The notes under the pieces are model-generated. The model had not been told where the DNA came from and did no database searches. It was given only the letters and a program-made list of their open reading frames with translations. A stretch of 64,000 nt of DNA from the NCBI GenBank assembly GCA_043228905.1, contig JBHGNT010000004.1, positions 992,001-1,056,000 on the forward strand, read 5' to 3'. Below, piece after piece: positions 52,422 to 64,000 of the stretch. The position numbers and the translations under genes were made by a program. The number at the start of each line of letters is the position of its first letter. The first letter of the stretch is position 1. This DNA is from Azolla caroliniana (taxonomy: Eukaryota > Plantae > Polypodiophyta).

Positions 52422-55400
52422 GAGATTATATTATGACCCCATATAAACTTGCATATTACAAAGATAGCCATGCTTTATGTGTACACACCAGAACCATGGT
52501 TGATGCATCCACATTTCAGAATGTCACATATAGCCTTAGCAATTTGGATGCCCCGCCGACACCTGGAATGGTTTCATTTTGTCATTATTATGTTTGCGCA
52601 TTTCCATCGTCATCATCATCATCATCCAACTGAAGCTTGAATGCAGTGGTTTGTTTGGAGCCCATTTAGGGTCAGAATTGCGATTGAGCCACTTACATCA
52701 TTAGTTTGATCCCAGCCAATCTGACCACATCATATCACTAATCAAACTGCTTATGAGGAAATCGAAATCATATATATGGAGCCAATTATAGATGAAAAGG
52801 ATGTTTGTTGCTAATTGCATGGAAATATAAAGCTAGTCAACACACGGACTCCTTAGTTATGATTAGCCACCCTAAAAAATACATTCAACCCAATTCACTA
52901 CGGTGTTGAATCTTAAAAAAACTCAAATTTGGAGCGTATGGAGATGTCAATGACTCATGCTATATGATTGTACTGCAACATTTTGGTTTGAAGACTTTCT
53001 TTGCATACTTATGATCCCTATTGACACACTTCCTCCACTTGAATTCCTTTTTTGCCTCTAAGTACAGACTCTCAATGGAACCTTTGAATGAACAAAGCCT
53101 TTTTCATATTTGTGAGGAGTCTGATACCTCCAATGGCATCTTAGATTTGATCCATAGCTGAAAGTGACCAAAAGGAAATGATAACTATCAGGTTTCCAAT
53201 GTGGTGGAAAGGGGCTATCAATAATAGCCCCCAGGTTGCAGACATTTTTGGTAGGGCAATTCAAGGATCTCATGTACTTCAGATGACAAGATTGACTAGA
53301 AACTCTGAACTGGAGACACAATGGCCCAGCCTGTGATTTTTTATGTTAGACCCATATTTGGATTGTAAAATCCTTTGGCATCAGGCAATCAACTCCAAGG
53401 TGACTCATCTGCTGCTGCTTCTTGGCACCTTTAGATCTGGGAACAGACAGGTGCTATGCCCCATTAGTTTGGGATCAATGTGAAGGTTATGGCTTTTGGA
53501 TGCATGAGCAGATTCTAGTGTCTCTTTATCATATTTCGCTCAGATTGGGCAACATTTTGTTCTAATATTTTGCTTTTGGCTTGCCATCAGATTTACCCTC
53601 AAGGAAATTGTAATGGTTATGTGTAGAGCTAGTAAAATATAATAGGGAAAAGTCCTAGATACCCCTGGAAGTTCGTCTATTTACCAGAATGCCCCTGGAA
53701 GTTCCAAATTTACCAAACTACCCCTATGTCCAAAAAATTACACTTTATAAAGTAATTATACACTCAAATCTACAAGCCCTATTTACCAAAGATGGAAGAA
53801 ATGGACCCGAACTAGCCCTATTTACCAAAGATTTGAGTGTATAATTACTTTATAAAGTGTATTTTTTTGGACATAGGGGTGTTTGGTAAATTTGGAACTT
53901 CCAGGGGCATTCTGGTAAATAGACGAACTTCCTAGGGTATCCTGGTACTTTTCCCAATATAATATGTACAATAATTCATGTGACTTGGTGCTTTGCATTT
54001 TTTTAATCAGTATGTTGTAGATAATGTAATATAACAGATTATGTTTTGCACAAAAGATAGAAAAAAAGAAAGAAAGGAAGAAAGATATATTAACGCCTTT
54101 TAAGAGGCCAAAATGGCCAATAAGACCAAACAAGAGATTACATCTTAAGTGTTGTCTCATCTTTGAGAACATCAAATCAAAATAAATAAATATTATTAAG
54201 TAAATATAAAAGTAAATAAGATAAAAATAGATTAAAGAGGTTTTCGGCACATGTGAGATTCTCAAGCTAGATATATTATAACTTCTGTCTTCAAAAGATT
54301 ATGGAGAGGCCTCTGAATTGAGGGAAGCACCTGCGATGGTGGTAGATAATGGCCTTTATCTATTGATGACAATGATGCTGAGGTCGTGGTCCGTGGGGCC
54401 GAAGCCTACATGCACGACGAATTGCTATTGCCCGATCTATTGCAATCCCTTTGTTATGTCCTGGCGGGAGCCCATTTGTGTATCCTTTGATTGACTTGTA
54501 ACATTGGGAGTGATGGGCCTAAAGAAAGTTGTGATTGTTCTTCGTGGATGAGCTTGTGTGGCTGTACTATTGTCCTTGAACAACTTTTCCCTATGTCCCT
54601 TGAGTTCTAGCAAGAAAATCCTAGGCACCATTGGTCTTCATATTCCATTATTCCATTACCTTGCGTAGTGCCAAGTGGACCAATTGTTTAAAGAGGCAAT
54701 GGTATCTCCCTCTTATTTCATAAAAGACTCTACAGTGACAAACATAGTGTTCTTCGGAAATCCACTTGTTGATGACACAATTGACAAAAAAAAAATTCTA
54801 GAGGTATTCGTGCATATCTGCCTATCTCAATCTCTTACTGATGTGATAAAGTTCACAGCTGCCTTATCACACCGCGCAACACATAGGATAGATGCATGTC
54901 CATTTAACCATCCTCCGATGTGTATAAAAAGTGTCTTGTTGTGGACCATCTTTGTACCAAGTCATATTTTGGGGCTTATTCATGTTATCTTGTTTTTGAA
55001 GTTAATAATATCAGTTCGGATCACTCTATTCTTTTCCACTTTGCTCATATTTAGATGGGGACAGTCCAAGCTATATTGGAACAGGGGTAGTGTATTATGC
55101 TTATGCCATGTGACTCGAACCATTGCTGCATTTCAGCATACCAAAAATGAATGTGACCATTTTCAGCCAGTTGTCTTGATGACATAAGTGCCAACCTTGG
55201 GTACCTCCGTTTAGGGTGCTCCCAAAGACATTGGATATAGATCACTGATCAAAACAATGGCTTGGTGATTTTAGGGGCTGCTCCCATCTCTCCCCGGATT
55301 ATATCATGGGGCACCGATGCGTTGCTCCTTATCATGCAGGCAATTATTGACACTAAAGGTCTCACTAATCTTTCCAATGATTGGCCTTGTTAAGACTCGG

Positions 55401-58400
55401 TCCCCACGTTTCTACTCCATAGAGAAGAGTTGGTGTGACAAGTGTATCAAATAATCACAACTTAGTTTGTGGCTCTTGGAACTGCAAATGTGCACATTGT
55501 CTTTCTAGAGCACTAAGGCTGCATATCCATGAGAAAGTCTGGAACAAAGAAGCCTCTCGTAAGGAGAAGCTAGGCCCTTTAAATGTTACTCCTAGGTATG
55601 TGTAGGAGTGCGTGTATTCCACCGTTTCCTCTCCCAAGAAGAATTCTGGTTCTGATCTTGTTGCCCATGCTTGAGTGGTGTTAAACACCATCACTTTAGT
55701 TTTATCCATGTTTATCGACAAACCTTTGTCCACACAAAATAGTTTTAAGGCATTTAAATATTTTTCTAGTCCCCCCTGAGAGAAAGGAAGATATATGAAT
55801 GTCTTTTTAAGAGGTCAAAATGGCCCATGGGACTGAACGAATGATTACATCTCACATCTTCAAGAACTACAAACCACAATATATATGACTAATTTAATGA
55901 AACTGCCTTAAGGCACCACATGTTCTCATTAGCTGAGCCCTTAAATATTGTGGGCTTAAACAGAGATGAGAAATGAAGAATGTATGTATGAATGAATGAA
56001 TGATATATTAACGCTATTTAAGAGGCCAAAATGGCCTATAAGACCAAACAAGAGATTACATCATGTAACTGTTGTCTCATCTTTGACAACATCAAACCAA
56101 AATAAATGTTACTAAGTAAAAAAAGTAACTAAGATAAAAAGTGACTAAAGAATCTTGTTATCGTTACATGTAAGAATCTCAATCTAGATATATTATCATT
56201 TTTGTCTTCAAAAGATCTCTAGCATAGGTGAAAGGTCTCTGTAGCGAGGGAAGTACCTGCGATTGTGGTAGATATGGCCTTTATCTGTTGATGAAAAACG
56301 TCATGAGATCGTGTTCCATGAGGCCGGGGCCTATGTGCATTGCAAGTTGCGATTGCCTGATCTATTGTAACCCCTTTGTCATGTCTTGGTTGGATGTCAT
56401 TTGTATAGCCCTTGATTGACTTGTAGCATGAGGAGTGATAGGGCTAAAGAAAGTTGTGATTGTTCTTTGTTGATGAGCTTATGTGGCTGTACCGTGTCCT
56501 TCAATAACCTTTTCCTGTGTTTCTTGAGTTCTAGCAAGAAAATCCCTAAGCACCAGTGGTCCTCATAGTCCATTACCTTGCATAGTGGGCCAAAGGCTTG
56601 CTTAAAGAGGCAATGGTATATCCCTCTTATTTCATAACAAACATTACAATGACAAACATTGTGTTCTTTGGATTCCACTCCTTGATGACACAATTGGCAA
56701 ATTCTTTCTTTTAGAGGTATTCTTGCATATCTGCCTACCTCAATCTGTAACTGATGTGGTGAAGTTTGCAGCTGCTCTATCACACTCTGTAGCGCATAGG
56801 ATAGATGTATGTCCAAATAAGTTGACCTAATGATGAAACCATCCTCCAATGTGTATAAATATTTTCTTATAGTGGGGCATCTTCCAACCAAGTGATATTT
56901 TGGGGCTGATCCATGTCATCTTGTTTTGAAGTTAATAATATCAGTTTGGATTGCTCTATTCTTTTCCACTTTGGTCATGTTTAGATGGGGACAGTGCAAG
57001 CTATATTGGAACGAGGTTAGTGCATTTACGCTTATGCCATGTGATTCAAACCATTGTTGCATTTCAGCATCCAGCAATGAATATTTCCTTGTTTAGCAAG
57101 TTGTTTTGATTACATATGTGCCAACCTTGAGTACCTTCATTTATGGACCTCCCAAAGCCATTGGATACAAGTCACTGATCGGAACATAAGTCAATGATCA
57201 GCGAGTTTAAAGGTCTCTCTAAATGTTTCCAGTTATTTTCCTTGTTGAGACTCAGTCACCACATGTCTACTTCGTAGAGAAGAGTTGGGTTCACAAGTAT
57301 ATCAAATAGCTATATTTAGTTCGTGCTTCATAAACTCCAAATGTGCACATTGTCTTTCAACAGCACCAAGGGCTGCATATCCACGAGAAATTTGAGCACA
57401 AGCAGCCTCCCATAAGGAGAACCTATGCCCTTTGAATGTTACTCCTAAGTATGTGTTGGTGTGTGTATGCCACATTTTCATCTCCCAAGAAGAATTCTGG
57501 TTTTGATCTCCCATGTTTGAGTTGTGTTAAAAACATCACTTTAGTTTTATCCATGTTTAGAGAGTGTTTCATCTTGTATGCAGCGGAGGAAGACCCAGAG
57601 GTGCATTTGGGACAGTTGAAACGATTCTCTTTGAGGGAGCTTCAAGTAGCTACAGATAACTTCAACCAGAAGAACATATTGGGTAGAGGAGGTTTTGGGA
57701 AAGTATACAAAGGGCGGTTAGCCGATGGATCACTTGTGGCAGTGAAACGCCTCAAGGAAGAAAGGAGTCCTGGTGGAGAATTACAATTCCAAACAGAGGT
57801 AGAGATGATAAGCATGGCGGTGCATCGGAATCTTCTCCGACTCCGAGGGTTTTGCATGACCCCAACTGAGCGGCTTCTTGTTTACCCTTACATGTCACAT
57901 GGAAGTGTATCGTCCCGATTGCGAGGTATATAATCTTATTCATTGAAAGATAAATCTGTCCTTTTCTCAATCTTTTGAGTGTTATTCTTCTGTTGCTGAA
58001 TATTTAGTACAAAACATCATAAGAATAATCCGTAAATCTTAAAAAGTTACAAGAACACTCTGAGTTACCAGAACTTACCAGATTACCTTTTCAATGATAT
58101 TTATAAAGGGTACTCTGTGGAGTTTTGAAAACATGGTAAATACCCAACGAGTCCTGTCCGTTTTTTCCCTCATGTTTTCATTTGATAAAAATCCTTTGCT
58201 TGTTCTACAGATAGGGCTCAAGGGGTTCCACCTCTGGATTGGGATACAAGGAAAAGAATAGCTCTAGGGGCAGCTAGGGGGCTCTCATATCTTCATGACC
58301 ATTGTGATCCAAAAATCATACATAGGGATGTGAAAGCAGCCAACATTCTATTGGATGAGGACTTTGAAGCAGTTGTAGGGGATTTTGGGCTGGCAAAACT

Positions 58401-59242
58401 CATGGATTATAAAGATACACATGTTACAACTGCAGTGCGAGGTACCATTGGACATATCGCACCTGAATATCTCTCTACAGGGAAATCATCAGAGAAAACC
58501 GACGTTTTCGGGTTTGGGATTATGTTGCTTGAAGTCATAACTGGTCAGAGAGCATTTGATCTTGCTCGGCTTGCTAATGATGATGATGTCATGCTCTTGG
58601 ATTGGGTATGTTGTGAAATAATCAATTTTTTCAATATAGGAACATGTTTATGATACGCTTTTGATTCCGCACATATGGAAATGAACCCGCTCTGCATTCA
58701 GAACATATACAAGATTGTAACTGATGTCATGCTCTTCGAGTATTTTGACAAAATGAGCACTCTTGGCATTTTTTTCGTATCAGGTTTGATGAACAAAAGC
58801 ATATTAGGATACATAGAGATTTGGGGATTTCCCCAAAACTCTGCCTTGGATGCCAATAACTAGATAGATTCCTTTTCCAGATATAATTTACCACTAGAAG
58901 TTGAAATGACATGAACTTATTTTGTAGGTGAAAGGACTGCTTCGTGAGCAAAAGATCACAACCCTGATGGATCCTGACTTAAAGCTGGAATATCGAACCA
59001 ATGAAGTAGAACAACTTATTCAAGTTGCTTTACTGTGCACACAAAGCTCACCAATGGATAGACCGAAGATGTCAGAAGTTGTGCGAATGCTTGAAGGAGA
59101 TGGTTTAGCTGAACGTTGGGAAGAGTGGCAAAAAGTAGAAGTAGTTCGCAGTCAAGTCGAAGACATAGCTCCTCTCCGGAGTGATTGGATAGTGGAATCT
59201 GTGCATAATTTACATGCTATTGAGTTGTCAGGCCCAAGATAG
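47439..59242 (+). CDS. SERK: Somatic embryogenesis receptor kinase (LRR-RLK II, SERK1/2-like), 11 exons, 625 aa
   Basis: Exons 47439-47508, 48782-48914, 49040-49111, 50999-51142, 51278-51349, 51509-51580, 51729-51853 ([16 protein letters not shown]), 52142-52279 ([32 protein letters not shown]), 57584-57925, 58211-58605 and 58928-59242 sum to 1878 nt in frame. Motifs [56 protein letters not shown] and the C-terminus [10 protein letters not shown]. Confidence 0.96.
53645..53955. mobile_element. Mutator-like MITE (311 bp) in SERK intron 8
   Basis: ~125-bp terminal inverted repeats GGGAAAAGT...ACTTTTCCC and a perfect 9-bp TSD aatataata (53636-53644, 53956-53964). Confidence 0.93.
54063..55775 (-). 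mobile_element. 5'-truncated RTE/RTEX-like LINE fragment, copy 1
   Basis: Minus-strand [35 protein letters not shown] (RT C-terminal subdomains), followed by a decayed Zn-finger region and a (CTTT)n-like tail. Colinear with copy 2. Confidence 0.8.
55976..57559 (-). mobile_element. 5'-truncated RTE/RTEX-like LINE fragment, copy 2
   Basis: [42 protein letters not shown] matches the R.SSHxL.IE.GR..ERIC..C...E.E.H...C motif. Also TYLGVTFKG and a (CATT)n tail at ~55980-56002. A third 3'-end stub lies at ~55780-55880. Confidence 0.82.
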
Positions 59243-60331
59243 GTAGCCAACTATGCCCATTATCTCATTCCCAGAATACATTCAAGGTTGGGGTTTGTAT
59301 GTATATTATCTCTGATTTTTGTTGTATAGTTACTATTATCAAGGGATAAGCTCACAATTATTGACGAGAATTGCAATGTTTGAAGGAAGAGGAAGGTGGT
59401 TCTATTCATCAGATTGTTGCAGTGAACTTTGCAACATTCATGTGACTAGATGTATGTACCAATACTGTGATACAAATATATCTTTTTTAGTATGATATAT
59501 ATATTTATAGTGCCAATATTGTGTTACAAATGTAGATTCAATATAATGTACATACTTATATCATAAACCTCAATTGCTTGACGTTGTCAACCCCAAATAT
59601 CCATATTTTGTTCTTGACTATACTCAAGCAATGTGCTATTTTTAAACTGAAGTTACACTGCCTATCAGCAAATTATAAGATAAAAAACATCAAAAACATC
59701 CCAAGAACGGAGTATTCATGCACTCATTGTAAACTTATTGGTTTCAAAATCAATAACAATTTCGTACTGCATTTTTTGAAGGCCTTTTCATAGTCAAACA
59801 AACTTAATTAACATCTAAGGAATAAACACTAGTAATAAACACTGGATTCAAAAACACATTCACAAAAAGAATAAGCTTCCACTTCAAACAGGCAAGACAA
59901 TGTTACCTCATAATTCACATAAATCTTGTCTCCTAAAGTTTAAAAAACATCAGAGGTTCCAGCAACATTTGGGTATGATTATAGAGAGCAACAATATAGT
60001 TAAATTAATAAAGTGCACAAGAAATTAGCTCAAAACTACCTCTGGAGTTTTGTGGAGAGGCATTATTATATGTAGAAAATCATTAGTACATGGGGATTCT
60101 GTCAAGGGGAAAGAATCACTAACAGAAAGTACACCTAAACCACCAAAAACCAGTGGTTACTTGGCAATTAGTACGCGAACATGAGTGTTAGACCATCCTT
60201 CAGATCTGCAGCCTGTTCCTTTTGCTGAAGCCAATGAGGTTCGAGATCACATGAATTTCTTTGGTCTAAGCGGGTTTCAAACGAAGGTTATAGTGCAAAT
60301 TCAAATGTAAAGCACCTGCCCGGTATTATTA

Positions 60332-63300
60332 TTAAATTTTGCAATGCTTCCTTTCAGAAATGTGAGGAGCATGCGTTGTAGATTTACTCTTGAAATTAGT
60401 AACCACACTTTTGCGGTCTTGTCGTTGTGAAGCAACAACCTCTTTGATTGGTAAACAAACTGTATTTCTGCCCAATTTGTCCTTCATTGGTTCTCCTTTT
60501 GACTGTCTGAAGTTAGTACTTGCTGTATATGTGCCCTTCACCATGGGCTAGAAACATTAGTATGGTATCAAGCTCCAAAAAGCTAAATTAAACATTAGTA
60601 TATAATAGGGAGCCTTTAGTACTGGTGGAAGGACTCTGTTGTATAGATGCTGGCTTCAAAAAACTATACTGACCATTTAGCATTTCATCTTCCAATTTGT
60701 TCTCTTTTCTTTACTTCATGCAACTAAACTAGACTTTACAAAATGATGTCTATATGACAAAAACATTTGAAGATTATAAAATATAAGTCAACACTACAGG
60801 TTCTATTGATTGTTAACACTACACTGTGGTTCAACATGAATGTTTGAATGTTTGTTCATGCTGAAATATTGAAAGGGCCTTAATGGAATCCTTCTGGGGT
60901 TTTATTGAGAATAAAGTTAGTGCCCTTAACTAGCGATTAATAATAATCAACAATTATCGCTAGAAGTCACATTAACTAACTAGATTATGAAAACCATTAA
61001 TCGCAATTTGTGATTAATCAATGGAAAGAAACAGTAGAAAATGAAAAAAAAAATCTCGATTTATTGATGGGAATCACGATGGAAAATGAATTAAAATGAC
61101 AACAATGAAAAAACTGAACGGTTAATAATTGGAAGTGGCTCTTTCTCACCTCCTTAGCCTACACAGTCATGGGAGCTAACAAGAAGCTCACCACTGGCTT
61201 CAAGAAGTGGTTCTAATCCCTGCCAATCGTGTCTAAAATGCAATTTCCCAATGTATTCTTCATAGTCTCTTTAGGGTTGATTAATTGTTATATAGATGCA
61301 CTTCAACATGAGATCAAGTTAAATTGTCATTTTTTCCCAGCAATGTAAACATACCTGTAGATTTGTAAGCTTCTTGTTTCGATGACTGCAATCATTTTGT
61401 GAATCTTCAATGATATTTCTCACTACTATGTTCTGCATTCCATAGAAACCTTAAACCCCATCATGCATGCACTTGAATCTTGAAATGGAACTGGAAAATT
61501 CATACAAATAAGCTTACTTTCTCCAAAATCATGGATTGGTGATGTCTTTGCCCCATCTCAGCATCGCTAATAGTAAATAAATAAAGGTGGATTTAGTTAC
61601 AGCTTCATCATTCTTCTCTTTAAATCAGATTGCACAGAAAGGCACTGTATTACCTTTCTGTACCATCACAATTTCTTTTCTCGATGAACTTATTATACGA
61701 TGTTTTGAGATGGTCAAGCTCCTTGTGCATCTCCTCCAACTCATCCATTGCTTCATGCCACCGTCCTTCATATACCTCTCTCTTTGCACTCACTGCGTCA
61801 AGGCTGACTAAGAGCTTTAAGTTTTCCTTCTCTAGATCGCATTTTTCCTGGAAGCAGCCATTTTTCTTATTGGATTAATGGTTTCTGCCCTCTTGGAAAA
61901 CACGACCAAAAAACATATTTGAATGTGTGACAGGACTCTTGGACTATCAAGAATAAGAAAATGTAATCGTTCATAAGTACATAGGTTATGAAAGCATTGG
62001 TCACACATATAGACACATGCTTCTCATGATAGTCATTTCTACAAGAACACTGCCATGAGCTTTGTTATTAGTCCACGAAGAGTCATGCATAATCATTTGA
62101 AAATGCATCCTTATCTTCAAACTCCCTTAATAATGTCATTGAGCAAAGAGACAAAGAGTTTATACATATTTTTACCAAATTAAAAATGAAACAGATGTTT
62201 CCGTGAATTAAAGAGCTGAAGTACACACCTTTGAAAATTCAACAGCATTCCTATTCATAGAATCCTCTAGAACACATAGCTTTGTTTGCAGATCTCTGAT
62301 TTCGTTGAGGTCGCGTTCTCTGGAATAAGATGGGTATTTAATCTAATACTATCAGTTTTAAATACATACAATACAGATATTTACTACAAGCTTTACCTCA
62401 ATTCTCTCTCTTGGAGTAGCATTGTCCCCAATTCATTTAGTTGTACTTCTAAATCTTTAATCTCAGACACCCTAATTTCAACAACAAACAAGAGTTATAT
62501 CATCACAATGCTTTCCTATAACCCATTTGAAGGGAGATTTTGAGTTCCTAGAATACCTCAGATTCCTCTCTTGTTCTGCAACTGATTTGGCATCTGCTAC
62601 CTCTTTATGATATTCTCCTATCTTCATTTTATATGACTCCAATAACAACAGACACTGGAAAATGGATATAAAGTTGAGGTCCAAGTATCTACCACTCACC
62701 CCAATTTAGCAGAAAGTGCTAATTCATGTTGCCCATCCTTCTGATTATAAATACCTCATCTTTCTCTTGTGTGATTTTTCCAACGCAATTTTGAAGTTCA
62801 TGGTATTTTGCTTCTAGATCTTCATGATTTTTGGTCTGTGAGGACAACATCGCTCACAATTGGCATTACAATATGTTATTTAAAATTTAAAAGAAAATGG
62901 TCATATAAAAAATCCTATGAAAATCATGGATATGATTTCTTCCATTTCATTTTCTTCTTTACACATAAATGCGATTGCTGAGCAGATTTTCCCGAGACCA
63001 AAAGACAAAGAATTTTTTCTTGAGTCTACGCATTCCCTTTTCATCATGGGAAGATTTGGACAATAAATACATACCTTTCCGTCAGCAAACTTTCCTATGA
63101 TCAATTCTTGATCAGTTTATTATTTCTCCTACAAGAACTACCATAAAGTGGACAATTAAGTTTAAAATCATGCTATTATTACCTTTGATATAATGTCATC
63201 ATTCAGGATCAATGAAAAATCCCTTTCAAGGCCATTCTCCTTCAATGTATCTACCATACTGCAAATTAACCATTGTGTTTGTAGGATACTATGCAAAATT

Positions 63301-64000
63301 GCATGGGTTTAATACAATCTTCTTATGAAGAAGTTTACCTTTCCAAACTAGTTATCTTTTCATGCAGTTTTGCAATCTCCTCACCTTTTTTAATTCTGTT
63401 TAGAAGGGAGCAAAACTGTATTGAATTAAACAAGCTTCCTGAATCATTAAAAGGTAGACTTGAGGTGATTGTCACAAATTAATCTTAAACTTCAGATACA
63501 AACCTTTCTTGTAGCTCATTCTCTGCAGTTAAATTAGCTGCAGAAAGGTCATTGCGCAGTTTTATCACCTTGTCCTCCAACAGCTGAAATTGTTTGAAAT
63601 AAAATACCATGACTACTAATCGAAATATCTATAATTTAAGGAATTGCTTCATTATTGAAACGGCACATTTTCCTGTCAATAAAGTACAAATATATTTAAA
63701 TGTGCCTATCAATAAGGTACAACTTGTGATGTCCTGTCCTCTTCATTCCTTAAATTTCTTTTTAAAGATAGGAAAGACAATATGCATCATCTTAATCAGT
63801 CTGATTTTAGTGCCTCATACATAAAACAGCCTCTAAGAAGCATGGCTTGTATCTGCAATAAACCACTACAGTGGGGTATTATACCGTCATGACTATTGTT
63901 GGTTAGAAGCTGAGGGACTCCACCATAAACTGTTGACAAAGTGGATCAACTCAATCCATGTGTAACTTATCTTTATCGTGTATCTCAATTTAATTGATAT
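60332..64000 (-). CDS. Partial multi-exon coiled-coil protein gene (3' part; 5' end beyond the window)
   Basis: Minus-strand GT-AG-bounded exons encode heptad-rich peptides: LLEDKVIKLRNDLSAANLTAENELQE (~63503-63583), IKKGEEIAKLHEKITSLE (~63339-63395), EKCDLEKENLKLLVSLDAVSAKREVYEGRWHEAMDELEEMHKELDHLK (~61653-61890) and NIVVRNIIEDSQNDCSHRNKKLTNLQ (~61355-61433). Terminal exon and stop are uncertain; family not recognised. Confidence 0.6.

Noticed and set aside
54675-55187. 170-aa plus-strand ORF in SERK intron 8
   Set aside because: Antisense to the RTE-like fragment; not open in the second copy.
58722-58736. 15-bp copy of the exon 10 end (tgatgtcatgctctt) inside SERK intron 10
   Set aside because: Too short to distinguish from chance or a trivial micro-duplication.

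Overview
Eukaryotic, AT-rich land-plant nuclear DNA, probably from a fern or another seed-free plant (inferred from the secreted cyanovirin-N-homolog genes and the intron architecture). The left third (1-24 kb) is transposon-rich. It holds a decayed Ty1/copia gag interrupted by a 5'-truncated L1 LINE, two solo LTRs, two intronless secreted CVNH lectin genes in tandem with a 4x227-bp array between them, and a full-length 7.4-kb L1-type LINE with a 15-bp TSD, a single premature TGA in each ORF and a 1.6-kb repeat-built 3' UTR. The right two thirds hold a ~33-exon BIG5/MIN7-type ARF-GEF (+), an 11-exon SERK LRR receptor kinase (+) whose intron 8 carries a Mutator MITE and tandem RTE-like LINE fragments, and the 3' part of a convergent coiled-coil gene (-) that runs off the window. 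All calls were made by eye; no database searches were run.
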